Below, one piece after another: positions 13,067 through 25,300 of a DNA stretch of 64,000 bases. The notes under the pieces are model-generated. The model was not told the DNA's origin. It did not search any database and worked only from the letters and a program-made list of their open reading frames with translations. Position 1 is the first letter of the stretch; every line of letters starts with the position of its first letter. The DNA lies in the NCBI GenBank assembly GCA_034780895.1, contig JAUZTB010000074.1, positions 18,778,876-18,842,875 of the forward strand. The letters are read 5' to 3'. Origin of the DNA: Rhynchobatus australiae (taxonomy: Eukaryota). A program made the translations under genes and the position numbers.

Positions 13067-14250
13067 TCTGAATTCTCAAAATAAAATAAATGAAGAAAGT
13101 CAGCTGGTGTAACTACCTTAAAATACCTTGTGAAAACTAAAGGTCTACTTTGAATTGTTCTCACCAGAATTTTACCTCACTCCTTCTCCTTATTTTTGCC
13201 TGCATCTCCACTGGACCTGCTCACTTCCAATGCCCACAAAAGTTGCAGGTCAGGTAGTGAGAAAAATACAATATTTTACTTTCAATTTTACCTCAACAAA
13301 TGTTTTTAAGGTTCAAACTTCTTGGTGTTTGATGTTTCGTAAAAAATATGTTTGCATTCAAGTGAGCTTAATTGCTTGTAATAGTGACATCCATCATTTT
13401 TTCTTCTATATCCAGTCAGGAAATAGACATTGCCAACAGCAAGAGCCATCTTGCTTCGTGAATTGGTGCCTCAGTGTTAATAAAAGAATATTTAGCAAGA
13501 TTAAGAACACAGATGAACATCTGAAACTATGGATGATGGTTTACAGAGTCTCTTTAGTTAAAGAGAATAAATGTCAGAACTCTGTAAAGTGTTGATTACT
13601 TTCTTGTAAGCTTTAAATGTCACAAAGCTTATTCCTAAGCTTTGCAATATAACAAACCTGATTTTTTTTTGAGAATTCAAGAAGATAGCTTATTATCACC
13701 TCCTTACTGGCAATCGGGGATGGGCAATAGAAGCTGGATTGTCCATGTTACTGACATTATATAATAACTACATGCATTCTTAATACAGTATTTGTAACAT
13801 ATGTAGCATTTGTAATATTGGTTGATGTCACTTTAAGGATTGTATTATGTGGCCAAATGCCCCTCTCTGCTGTCGCAACTTTGTTTAGTGTGGAGCTTGT
13901 AAGAGAACTTGTTGCTATCTGTGGAGAAAGCTACAATGTGAAAATGTTGTTCAAACACCATAAGGTGTGTTTTATTCACTAAAGTATCCTTNNNNNNNNN
14001 NNNNNNNNNNNNNNNNNNNNNNNNNNNNNNNNNNNNNNNNNNNNNNNNNNNNNNNNNNNNNNNNNNNNNNNNNNNNNNNNNNNNNNNNNNNNNNNNNNNN
14101 NNNNNNNNNNNNNNNNNNNNNNNNCCTCCCAACTGATATAACATGTGGACATGTGTCAAGAGGCAGTGGGCTGTGTGATTCCACTGATGTAGTACACAGT
14201 GGAGTAAATAAAACTACCTCAGCTGCTGGATTTTCAGCTACAGTCAGGTA

Positions 14251-14700
14251 GCTGCTGATGAATGGAGAAAACGGAAGGAAGAGTTCATACTATATATTGA
14301 ATTAAGTATGGCAGATAAATTAGACCAGACTAAAATAAAGATGTTGTTGTATATCCCAAGTACAAGAGGAGAGAATTGTACAATAGTGTAAAGCCCTAAA
14401 ATGAGACACTGGAGAGTGCATTAGATGAAAAACAAATACATTGTAACCCATCCAGAAATGAAATCGTTGACCATTTGCTGATTCTTTAGATATAACCAGG
14501 AGTAGAGACAATTGTTTGCTACTTTCTTAGCAGAGCTAAGATTGTTCAGAAATAACTGCAGTTTTCATATTTGAAGGAATCACTTTTCATGGATCAGGTT
14601 GTTTACAGAACTGTGGATTCTACCCTAAAGGATGGTTATTAAGTGAGAAGCTAACTCTAGAGAAGTGCCAGCAGCTATGTTGAAATTATTGGATGGCCAG
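14251..14700 (+). pseudogene. Gypsy gag remnant (frameshifted)
   Basis: AADEWRKRKEEFILYIELSMADKLDQTKIKMLLYI / RELYNS..ETLESALD...HCNPSRNEIVD / FFRYNQ..FATFLAELR..NCSF / LKESLFMDQVV / LLSEKLTLEKCQQLC, the typical vertebrate Gypsy gag pattern across several frameshifts and stops. Confidence 0.75.
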
Positions 14701-14914
14701 CAGTTGGAAGTGCACATGGTGATAGGCTAGACAAAGGAATATAAGGAAAATTACGACCAAGGTTGCTGAGCTGTTACACATATTACGGATAGAAACATGA
14801 GTGGCTGAGAAAGTAATTTCCTATATATAACATAACTGCGCAATATGGACTGGAATTATTGCAAAAAAGAGGACATCAATAGTTCATGAAGCTGATGAAA
14901 TGAATCATGCAGAT

Positions 14915-15350
14915 TTAGAGACCCGGTCAAATTCAGAATTAAAAGCAAAGTGGTGGAAATCCTGAGAGATTTANNNNNNNNNNNCACAGAGAGAAACAGA
15001 CTCATCAGAACTGAGAAAATTCAGAAGCTAAATATATTTAAGTTGCAGAGAAGAGTTTAAGGGAACAAAGGGAGTGTCTGTGATACAAGTGGTGGTGGTG
15101 CCTGCTGAAAGAGGACGGTAAAGGCTTGCTAAATGCAGGTGATCTGTATGGAGATGTAAATAGAAAGGATGAATGAAAACAGAGGAGGAGACAGGAAAGC
15201 AAAAAAGGAAAAATAAATAAAAAACAAAACTGGAAATGAAGGAAGATCGCTGACCTGAAACATAGATTCAATTTCTCTCTCCACCAATCTGCTAATTTTT
15301 CCTGCATTTTCTATTTATATTTTAGATTTATAGCTCCTGTAACTTCTTTA
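14915..15350. mobile_element. Penelope-like inverted terminal insertion inside the Gypsy element
   Basis: Minus arm includes TCATCAGAACTG (15002-15013; revcomp CAGTTCTGATGA); plus arm GATCGCTGACCTGAAACATAG...CTGCATTTTCTATTTATATTTTAGATTT; interrupts the Gypsy between gag and protease. Confidence 0.6.
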
Positions 15351-15454
15351 TTTGCTATTTATCAGTTAAACACAATATACAGGTGACAAAGGGGAGACTC
15401 AACTCTATGAAAAGAACACCCACTCAATGTATTTACACCACGATGACAATATGA

Positions 15455-15505
15455 CAGCAACCAGTAACATTTCAATTTGATTCAGGAGCAATGTGAGATG
15501 TCCTC
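15455..15505 (+). pseudogene. Gypsy aspartic protease active-site remnant
   Basis: QQPVTFQFDSGAM*DVL, with DSG at 15479-15487 (V.FQLDTGA.CNVL consensus). Confidence 0.65.
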
Positions 15506-17700
15506 TGGAAATCAAGCATCAATTTTAAGGTAGTGCAGATGAAACTAAAAAGTCATGTGCTGTCAACATACAATGATGCTCTTTGGTGGGGTGCCCAAAG
15601 AACGAAGAGAATAATGAAATTTCACACCTACAAGTAGTGCAATACAATAACTGGGATTGATGAAGGTACATCATGTTAGGATTGTGAAAATCAACTCAAC
15701 ATCAGAAATCACTACAGCCATTCAACTCATTGATGAATATTCAGATGTTTATCATCAAACATGGAAATTAGAAATGCAAAAAAAACAGCAGGACATAGTC
15801 AAAAGACAGGCACATTATTCTGACAAAGGTAACTGAACTTGCTAATGGTAACAGTGAGGATGAAGTTGACATCGGGCTAATGCCAGATGTAATGGATTGT
15901 AGTGGTAACTAGCACACATTATACCTCAAATCAGACAGGATCATGGCAGAGGGAGGGCATTCTATATCAGAAGAACAAGCTTTCCTCGGGATTATAATCA
16001 AAGAACATACTTGATAGAAACAGGTGGGGAGATACCATAGGATGAACTACTAACCTTGCAGAATGAGAACACCACCCTCAACAAAATGGTCCAGGAGAAC
16101 TGGAGGCAATTAGGAGCAGATCTGAAGGCACAGTCCATGTGGACTATTATGCCTCAAAGTAAAGTAAGTACACAAAGGCAGCACAGTTATTTTGAATATG
16201 TTTCTTTTTTTTTAATATATTAAAGGACAAATGTAACATATAATATTGGTTTGTGCTACTTCAAGAGTTGTAATTAATTATTGTTGCAGAGCCTGTCTGT
16301 CTCCAGGGAGAAAGCTACAGGAAGAGGAATGGTGTCTTGACATTACATTTTCCTTTTATTTGGAAGATTACCTTTGCTGTTTACTTGAATTATTGATTAT
16401 TTTCAAGTATCTTAGTGAAAGATACTGAGACAATTTTAGTCTGGTTTAGCAAATCTTTAGGTTCTATAAAATTGAGGAGTTAGTGCGCAGCAATTCCACA
16501 CAAAAAAAATACAAATGAGACAGAGTATTTGCAGGTCTGCTACCTGTTATGAAATGGTAGTGGACAATTAAATAGTTAACAAGAAGGGAATGATCCAAGA
16601 TCAACTCCATCCTTCACAAAAGGTGGACCCTGGTGACTGAGTGCCAATGACAAAGGTGAAGCATTTGAAACCACCTTCAGCTGAGATTGCCAAGTGGATG
16701 ATTCATCTCCACTCCCTCCTGAAGACCCTGCCCTCACAGAAAATGAGTTTCATCCAGTTTGATTCAAAATGTGAACTTCAAGAAATGGCTAAGAAGCAAC
16801 ATTCCTGCAGTAGTACTCAAGATTGCACTCTGAAGCCAGGTATGTCTCTGGACAACCTGTCCCAGTACAAATACAACACTAGCATTTGACCAGCTATGTG
16901 AAAAACTGCCCAGGCATGTCTGGTTCTCAAAAAGCAGAAAAAATCCAATGTGGCTCAATACCATCCAATCAGTCTACTCTTGATCATCAGCAAAGTGGTG
17001 GAAGGTGTTATTGACATTGCTATCAAGCAGTACTTACTCTGTAATGATGCACTCACAGATTCTCAGTCGGGTTTCACCAGGACCACTTCACTCCAGATAT
17101 CATCACAGATGCAAACATAGATTCTAAAGGCAGGGTTGGAATTATTGTCCTTAACAGCAAGGGAACACTGGAATGAGTGTAGTGTCAAGGACCTCTGTGA
17201 AATTGAAGTCAAAGGGCACCAAGGGGAAACCACTCCTGTGCCTGGAATCATACCTGCCACAAGATGGCTGTGGATGTTGGATGTCTACCCACCTCAGCCC
17301 CAGTACGTCACTGCAGAAGTTCCTCAGGGCAATATCCTGGGGCTGGGATGATTGGCATCCAACTTTCAGTTGTCTCATCAATGATTCTCTGTCCATTGTA
17401 AGGTCAAAAGTGGGGAAATTGTTCAATTCCATTCATAATTCCACAGAAAATGAAGCAATCAATGCTTGCATGCAGCAGGGCCTGGACAACATTTAGGCTG
17501 ATGTGACAATTGTGTCCCACAATGTCAGCAAATTACTATGTCCGACAAACAGTAATTTAAACACTTGATCCTTTACAGTCACCATGTCTTCCACTTTAAA
17601 AATCCTGGGCGTCACTCGTCAGCAGAAACATAACTGACTTGTAAATAGTGTGGCTATAAGAGCTGGATACCTAAAGAAGAGTGACTTGTTTCTTAAGTTA

Positions 17701-18846
17701 GAGTCAGAGATTTATACAGCATGGAAGCTGGCCCTTCTGCCCAACTTGTCCGTGCTGACCTAGTTGCCTACCTGAGCTAGTCCTATTGGCTGCTAAACTG
17801 CTAAACCTTTCCTATCCATGTGGCGGTCTAAATGTCTTTTAAACATTGTAATTGTACCCAGCTCTACCACTTCCTCTGGCAGCACACTCCACATACCCAC
17901 CACCTCTNNNNNNNNNNNNNNNCCCTCAGGTCTGCTTTAAACTTTCCCCCTCTCACCTTAAATCTATGCCTTCTAGTTTTTAACTCCCCTAACCTGGGAG
18001 AAAGACTGTGACCATTCACCTTATCTATTATAAGGTCAGACATAATGTCATATGATAAGGTCACCCCTCAGCCTCCTACGCTTTTGGAGGAAGAAGCCCT
18101 AGCCTATCCAATGTCTGCGTATAACTCAAGCCCTACAGTCTCAGTAACATCCTTGTGAATCTTTCTGTACTCTTTCCAGCTTAATGAAGTCCTCCTATAG
18201 CTGGGTGACCAGAACTGCACACAATACTCTATTAATATGCACACAATGCCAGAAGAACTCAGCAGGTCAGGCAGCATCTGTGGAGGGAAATAAACAGTTG
18301 ATGTTTTGGGACAAGACTTCATCAGGACTGGAAAGGAGGAGGACAGAAGTCAGAATAAAAAGGTGGAGGAGGGGGATGAAAAGGAATGATGTGAGAAGCT
18401 AAGAGGTGATCGGTAGAAGAGACAAAGGGCTAGAGAAGAAGGAATCCAATAGGACGGCATGGAATAATAAAAGATGACTGTTTATTTCCCTTCATATGAC
18501 CCGCTGAGTTTCTCCAGCATTTTGTGTGTTTTGCTCCAGATTCCAGCATCTGCAGAATCACTTGAGAAAACAATACTCCATGTGTGGTGTCACTAATGTC
18601 TTGTACAGTTGTGAAATGTCATGCCACCTCTTGTACTCAGTGCCTTGACTGATGAAGGAAAGCGTGCCAAATACCTTCCTCACCATCCTGTTGATCTATA
18701 TCACCACTTTTAGGGAACTATATACTTGTATCCCTTGGTCTTTCTGTTCTGTGACACTTCTCAGGGCCCTACCATTTACTGTGTAAATCCTGACCTGGTT
18801 TAGCTTCCCAAAATGCAACACTTTACACTTGTTCAAGTTAAATTAA
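17701..18846 (-). mobile_element. CR1 (HER1-like) LINE, 5'-truncated
   Basis: Minus ORF fragments EYCVQFWSPSYRR and ELKTRRHRFKVRGGKFKADLR; 3' UTR near 17701; flanked by a TAAGTTA direct repeat (17694-17700, 18847-18853); same subfamily as 35797-36900. Confidence 0.9.
18230..18569. mobile_element. Penelope-like inverted-arm insertion with decayed hammerhead motif, 9 bp TSD
   Basis: ACAATACTC at 18221-18229 and 18570-18578; left arm minus (revcomp CAGTC-CTGATGA-AGTCTTGTCCC-AAAACATC-AACTG at 18295-18330); right arm plus (...CTGAGTTTCTCCAGCATTTTGTGTG...TTCCAGCATCTGCAG). Confidence 0.8.
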
Positions 18847-19399
18847 TAAGTTACAAGGTATAAAACAGGAGTGTGATGGAATATTTTTCACTTGCCTGGA
18901 TGAGTGCAGGTCCAGCGACTCACAAGAAGCTCAGCACCACCTCGATAAAGCATTGGCATCTCTTCCAACAAACTAAATATTTATTCCCTCCATCACTGAT
19001 GCACCAAGACTGCTGCATGTGTTCTCTGCTTTATACACTGTGAGTATGGACCAAGACTATTCAAGCAGCACCTTCTTGGCCCACAACCTCCAGCACTAAG
19101 CGCAGCAGGTATATGGAAACACCACCACCTGTAGGGTCCCCTCCAATCTACACATCATCCTGACCTGGAAGTAGGTCCTTCATCATCACTATATCTACAC
19201 CCTGGACTACCTTACCCAACGACATTGCTGGATTTCCATCAACGGAAAGACTGTAGTGGTTCAAGGCAATGATTTGCCCCAAATGCCCAAGAGAAATTAC
19301 TGAAGAGCAATAAATGCTGGTCTTGCTAATGATAACCACATCCTGCAAAAATAAATTAAAAATGTCATTTGGTATTATTTTGTTGAGTTGAGATGTTCT

Positions 19400-22300
19400 T
19401 ATTCAGCAAGGTTATTTGTAGCTCAAATAAATAGTTTATTAGGAGTGATTATGAACTAATTTTCTCAAAGCCACAGCTAAAATATTGATTTGGTACATAC
19501 TGCAGCAAAATCTGGAGTCAGAGTAAGTGGGTATCTGTGTGCACAGAGCACTGGCTTGCTGTTGTAATTGTCGAGTAGTTCTTTAACTTGCTTCAGATTT
19601 GCCTACACTTTTTTTAAGTAATCGCTTTCTCCTCTCTGTCTTTGTGCCAAAGGATGCTGTCTGTGCCATTACCGTAGCCCTTGTTACCAACCACACACGA
19701 AACACTGCACAGTGTTCAGACACTGAATAGAAAATTGCACTTGAGCGCCCTTACCTCCCCCTCCCCCTTTAACAAGGGGGCCCTGAAAGCTTTATAAATT
19801 TGCAGTGCTCTTGAAAATAAGCCCTTCACACCTGAAACCTTTCACACAGGCAGAAAAGCAACCCTTCAAACCCCTTAATTGCCTATTGCTTCCAAGCACG
19901 TTGAACAAGTGTATTATATGGCCGACTGCAAGACAAATGCCTAAATGCATGAAATGAAATGGTTTCTTCCAATTGTGTGTATAGTATTAAGACTGCCGTA
20001 TCACTTTTTGTTGGCAGACAGAAATGGAGTCAAAATTATCAAAAATCACATCTATACATTGCTTCTCCTTTGACCTCTGTTTATATTCTTGTCACATATA
20101 ATTACATGAACAGAGGGTTGTAAGTATTTTATGTGCTTTCTAAGTTTTTTTTATCTGTTTTCATCTTTTTCCCAACAATTTTGAGGATCTCAAATTTTGA
20201 AAGGGAAAAAATATGCTCACAAAACTAATAATGAGTGTACAAATTAAACATGACATTTTTTTACAANNNNNNNNAGTGTCAAATACAAAACTTAAAAAAA
20301 TATAGTTTGAAAGGTCTATTCTTTCATTGTTAATTAAAGTTACCAATAGTACACATGAAAAGAGTTATGAGATAAATGTCGCTATCATATTTCATGATGC
20401 TAGTTTACAAGATTGTATATCCTGTAATGATTCTATTAAAACTACAGCAATTCCATCGACAGGATTTTTTAAAGTATAGCCAGCAGACATTAAACAGTGA
20501 AATCAATTTATGGGCAGCATCAACTTTCCTTTCCCCTTAGAAAACTGTTTTGAGGCAACTTTCATTAACATATTTTACTAATTCACTCAACAACATTTTA
20601 ACAAGAGAGTTAACTTGTTAATGTTACATCATCAGCCTGTATAACATTCCTTTGTCAGTTAAAATTGAGGCAAAAGGAAATTCATACAAATAATTTAATA
20701 CATTTGAATATTGATATCTAAAAGTGCAATTTCATCCCGACTGCTTTGTTTCAAGTTACCATTGATTGCCTATTTATAAAAAATACCAAAAAGTTAATGC
20801 ACATTATGACATTTTTAAGATAAATCATATTGCATAACATTTAATTTTGTAGCTTTATCTGTTGCATCAGGGCTCTAATAGTAATGCAGCTATTTCTCCA
20901 AAAGATTTAAATGTAAAACATTGGCATTTAGTAAAGGCAGGATAAACCAAATCCACTTTCATTTTGGATACTGCAGATTTTACATTTCCTGAGCTATAGA
21001 CCATGCCAAATTATGAGGTAACACTCTGAAAAGGAAATAATCATCAGTCAGCAGACCTCTCTTTCATTAAAGATGAGCCATTTCTTTATTTTATAAATAA
21101 TTTCTTTGTTTTGCTCACGTCATGTGTATTTATGTCAAGAAAGTATTGACATTTGCAGTGTTTTAAGTGCCTAATTTACCTAGCTGAAGCCGCTTTTCAA
21201 TTCAGCTTTGTTTAAGTAAGTGTACAGAGAAACAAGACTTTCAGCTGTTAATTACATCTTAAATATCTCCTCTGCTCATTAGTTTACTTTCCTGAGGCAA
21301 ACAGCAAAGCTCTGAATTCCTTGACAGGTTAACCATAAATTATCTTTAACAGCCACCACCCTTCAATATTTTTTTTATCTTCAGTCAGCTGCAGCCAACA
21401 TACCCATAATCCTGACCCATTGGAAGCTCTGGGGCTCCCCAGATGTTCCTTGGGAAGAAAAAAAATCTAATCAGAAAAGGTAATCATCCTTGCAAGGATG
21501 AAAATATGGGGCCCAGCATGTGGAGCGCACAACTATAGACCACCAAAAAAGTCGACAGGACTGAGAACTCCCACGTTTCTCATCTCAAAAAAATTCTTAA
21601 GCAGCCCCTAAAAGAAAATGAATCAGTTAATTATGTTCCAGTGCTAGAAACAGGACTAATAACCATAAATAGTCCATTGAGTAGCTCAGCTGTAGTATTT
21701 TTTTCCAGTTAGAAATAATCTGCTTACATAGTTAGGCAAGGCTAAGCTTGCTGACACTAATTACCAGCTGTTGTACCCTCACGTAAAAGACCAACCACCA
21801 AGCTCACTGCAAAGGGCCGACCGTTTTCACAATACACCATTCGCAAATAACAACAAGTGGACTGAAATGCTTTTCAGCCATTGAGAGAAGCCTATCTCGC
21901 ACCACTTTTTTTTATTATGCACTCATGTGTAGGCTAATAATGTGAACTGGGAGAAAATGACAGACTTAAAAATGAAAGGCAGAATGAATCAGGGCAATTG
22001 AGGTCCCCTCCTTCTCATTTTGCCATGGGGAGCTCCAGATTATCACTTAGTGGCTGGGTTTAGATGAAATAATGAATAAATCCTTTAGCTTTTAACGTTG
22101 TGCCCGCAGACCATTGAATCTGGACGCACGAATTTTGAAAAGTTCTGAATGCTCTGTGAAACAGGTAGGGTTTTAGCCTCTCCTCTTCATAGATTCATCA
22201 AATTCCTAAACAGTGTTATGCAAAAAATCATGAAGAAATGTATTTAAAATGAACTGCTCTTCCTTAAATACATTCTTTTCACTACTTCTGCATGGCTCTA

Positions 22301-25300
22301 AAAAATGTTCCCTAACACAGGGACATGCTTGCCCTTCTTTTAATTTATGTTATTTGCATGCATGGTTATCCCCTTCATCTAAAATGGCTTAAACCCTGTT
22401 AACTCATGCTTCCTTATCAGCCTCCCGGCAGCATTTGTGATTCATAGCAGTCATCAAAGTGATAATAAACTCATTCACAATACTAACAAACACAGGCTCC
22501 CAGTTATTTACGAGGCAAATTCACTTCGACTGCTACCGTGGATGAAAAAAATCAAGATGGTGTTGATTGATAAATTGACAGGTTAATTTACAAGCATATA
22601 ATGGGAATAAGACCCAGAGGGATGACAGCCTGATCTCCACTATGGCTACAGTGCCATCTACCCAGCACCTAGAAAACTGCAGCATCGGCTCCCTGCAGCC
22701 AACTCTGAAGCTTTCGCATTTGAAGGATACATTAAAAAAAATGTGAGGTCGGTTACCAATTTAGGTCATTTTAGTATAATACTGGCAGCTGGTGCTATCA
22801 CATTTTTAACCACATTTTTCAATGACAATGGAAACAAAGTTTTAAGTTGCACAACAATCAGTTCAGTGCTGTACATGTGGGATAATAGATAGCTGGCAGT
22901 GACTAACAAGGTTGTAATTCAATCCAGTAGCTGTGACATCATAAACCATGAGAGGGAAAGTTCTGCTGTTCCTGGACATTCAAAACACTCCAGTTTGAAT
23001 TATAACCTTTGAACTGACTGTCCACTGAACTGTTCTTTTTAAAGAAATCTACTTCGCTTTTGCTGAAGACATTGCAGTATTATTATGGATCACTGCTAAC
23101 CAAACTTTTTTTGGAGATATCCATAGAATAAAAGTCTCTGCTGGCTTTATTTTCATTCTTATTTGCAAAGGACAATGAAATAAAAATCCTAAAGCAGTAC
23201 AGTTTATGAATTGATTGTGAGCAATTGATTACTTAAGTGTATGTTTTTATCCATGCCTGATTTTATGTTCTCCACTGGAAGGATTTTGTACTGAAATTAC
23301 ATAATACAGGTTTATCTCAAACTGCAGTATTTTGAATTAATCCTCTTCAAAAGCTCAGTAACGATGGTGCATTATTTTGAAACATATTTGAAGCCTTTTC
23401 TCTGTCCATAAATATACAATAACTGAAAATCCATGCCGCATGATCAGAGGTAGAAGTTCTTACTATTTTTCTAAAACATAGAAATAGTGGACCCTATTAA
23501 GAACAGTGCCCTTGGATTCCATGGATTAAAAATATTATGGGGCTTGTTTAATATATATTTGTTCTGAAGGCTGTAACCCACAATAAAAGATTGTGGTATA
23601 ATAAAGAGCCATCTTAATACATCTATTATTGTTAAATATTATTTTCATACTCTGGAGAAACTTAAGATTAATTTTGTTTTTATTAATATTGTACAAATTT
23701 TGCAAGGCAGACTTCTTCCTGAATTTCTGATACAGGTTTCCACGTGCTAATGCCATTTTTGTTAATGCTGTGGGAACAGTAAAACTATATCAAACATCTA
23801 CTTTTGATCTACTACATTGTATGTTAAAGGTAGATGAGGTATAACTAAAAGAAGGAAGAAATAGTTTTAAGGAGATCCTGTCAGCTATACCTACCTGGTA
23901 CAAGGCAAATGAAATCAAATCAATTTTACCTCTTCAGACTTCAGAAATCTAAGATTGCCAATAGAATTAAGGAGCTATTGTTCTGTTCTGCCAAAAACCA
24001 TAAAACAGATAGATGTTGACGGGAGGTCAAAGCTTTTTTTCTCATATGTTTGGCTGTACGCAGACACAGAATAGTGAATGTTGGTGGATCAGGTTTAAGA
24101 AAAGAATTGTTAACATAACCTTTCCAAATTTCCTTTTTCTGAGAGATACAGAGTGAAGAAAATTCACATCTCATTTTTTTTCCTTTCTTTGCATTGTAGC
24201 AGATTTTAACAACCACTTCTATAGTTTTTCAGATAAGGTAATACCTTTTGTGAGGAGCAGCTTTGTACTGAAGAATATGTTTACCATTTATAACTTGTAA
24301 TGGGGAAGAAATTATGCCAGAACAAATATTCGCTCTGCATGAAAATACCAATTTACAGTTCTGATTATCACATACTTTGTTTATGAGTATTTATATTTAT
24401 GTGTTTAACAGGCTGGAGCCTTCTTTAAATTTATTATGAATCCTATTGATTAAGTAATTCTATTTCTTCTTAATATTGGTAGTATTAATTGAATAATAGA
24501 AATTCTGCATCAAGCATACTGTTTTCATGATATAATTACAACCCCAGCTCTGAGTATCTGTGAGATATACCATTCTACCATCATTCAGTTTTAGCAATAT
24601 TAATTTCTTTTTCTTTCTGCAATAGTCCTACAGTGGAATTCAAAGGCACTAAAGCGTAAAGTGAGAGCAGAAGGATATTCACATAAACTTAGTCCAACTG
24701 CATAAGTTTATTAAACACCTGAGGGTCTGTGGCAGACTTAATTAGTGCTAATGTGTAACCTATTCACAGTAACGTTTAACAAACTTTTCAGAAATGTATA
24801 CTCAGACGTGATTAAGCATAAGTACTTGTGATATTTCATTAGGTTTAACTAGGTAACACTTACCTGTGACTTACTACAGTTGTTTTCAGCTGTCAGTTTC
24901 ATTTTAGCAAGCTAATTTGATAACCTGACGTATAAAGGAGAANNNNNNNNNNNNNCCTTCAGGAAAAATTAAACACAATGGATAAAAATAAGGCTTCTGT
25001 GGGAAGTTCAAATATAGAAATAAAACAGACATTCTACATCACTGGCTATTTTTCTAAAGATTTTCGTGCAAATGTTATTTAGAATAATTATTTATTTTAT
25101 TTCTCTCATTGGGTTAAATATCACTTCTTGTTGTATTTGAAATGGACCATTGCAAGTAATTGAAAGCCCTCTTCAAGGCATGGATCCTTCCTTTAGAGAT
25201 TCTTAACTGTTCACTCTTGGTTAATGTAGAGAAGTGAATTTAGCCAGGCAGTAAGGATTAGAATACTCAATATTCATTTAAACAATTTAATTTAAAGACC

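Larger units (their letters stand above)
13793..16330 (+). mobile_element. Ancient internally deleted Ty3/Gypsy LTR retrotransposon with remnants of both LTRs
   Basis: LTR starts TGTAACAT at 13793 and 16232 (the latter after a purine tract at 16221-16231); both share TAATATTGGTT..ACTT.AAG..TTGTA and GGAGAAAGCTACA (13923-13935; 16307-16319). Gag, protease and integrase C-terminal remnants lie between; no RT/RNase H seen. Confidence 0.7.
16480..19362 (+). mobile_element. Old non-LTR retrotransposon (CR1/L2-group) ORF2 plus 3' tail, interrupted by a nested CR1 at 17701-18846
   Basis: RT motifs YHPISLLLIISKVVEGVI (about 16959), VPQGNILG (17319) and FSCLIND; frame resumes at about 18850 with RSVMEYFSLAWMSA; 3' tail GCAATAAATGCTGGTCTTGC...CCACATCCTGCAAAAATAAATTAAAAA. 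Confidence 0.85.
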
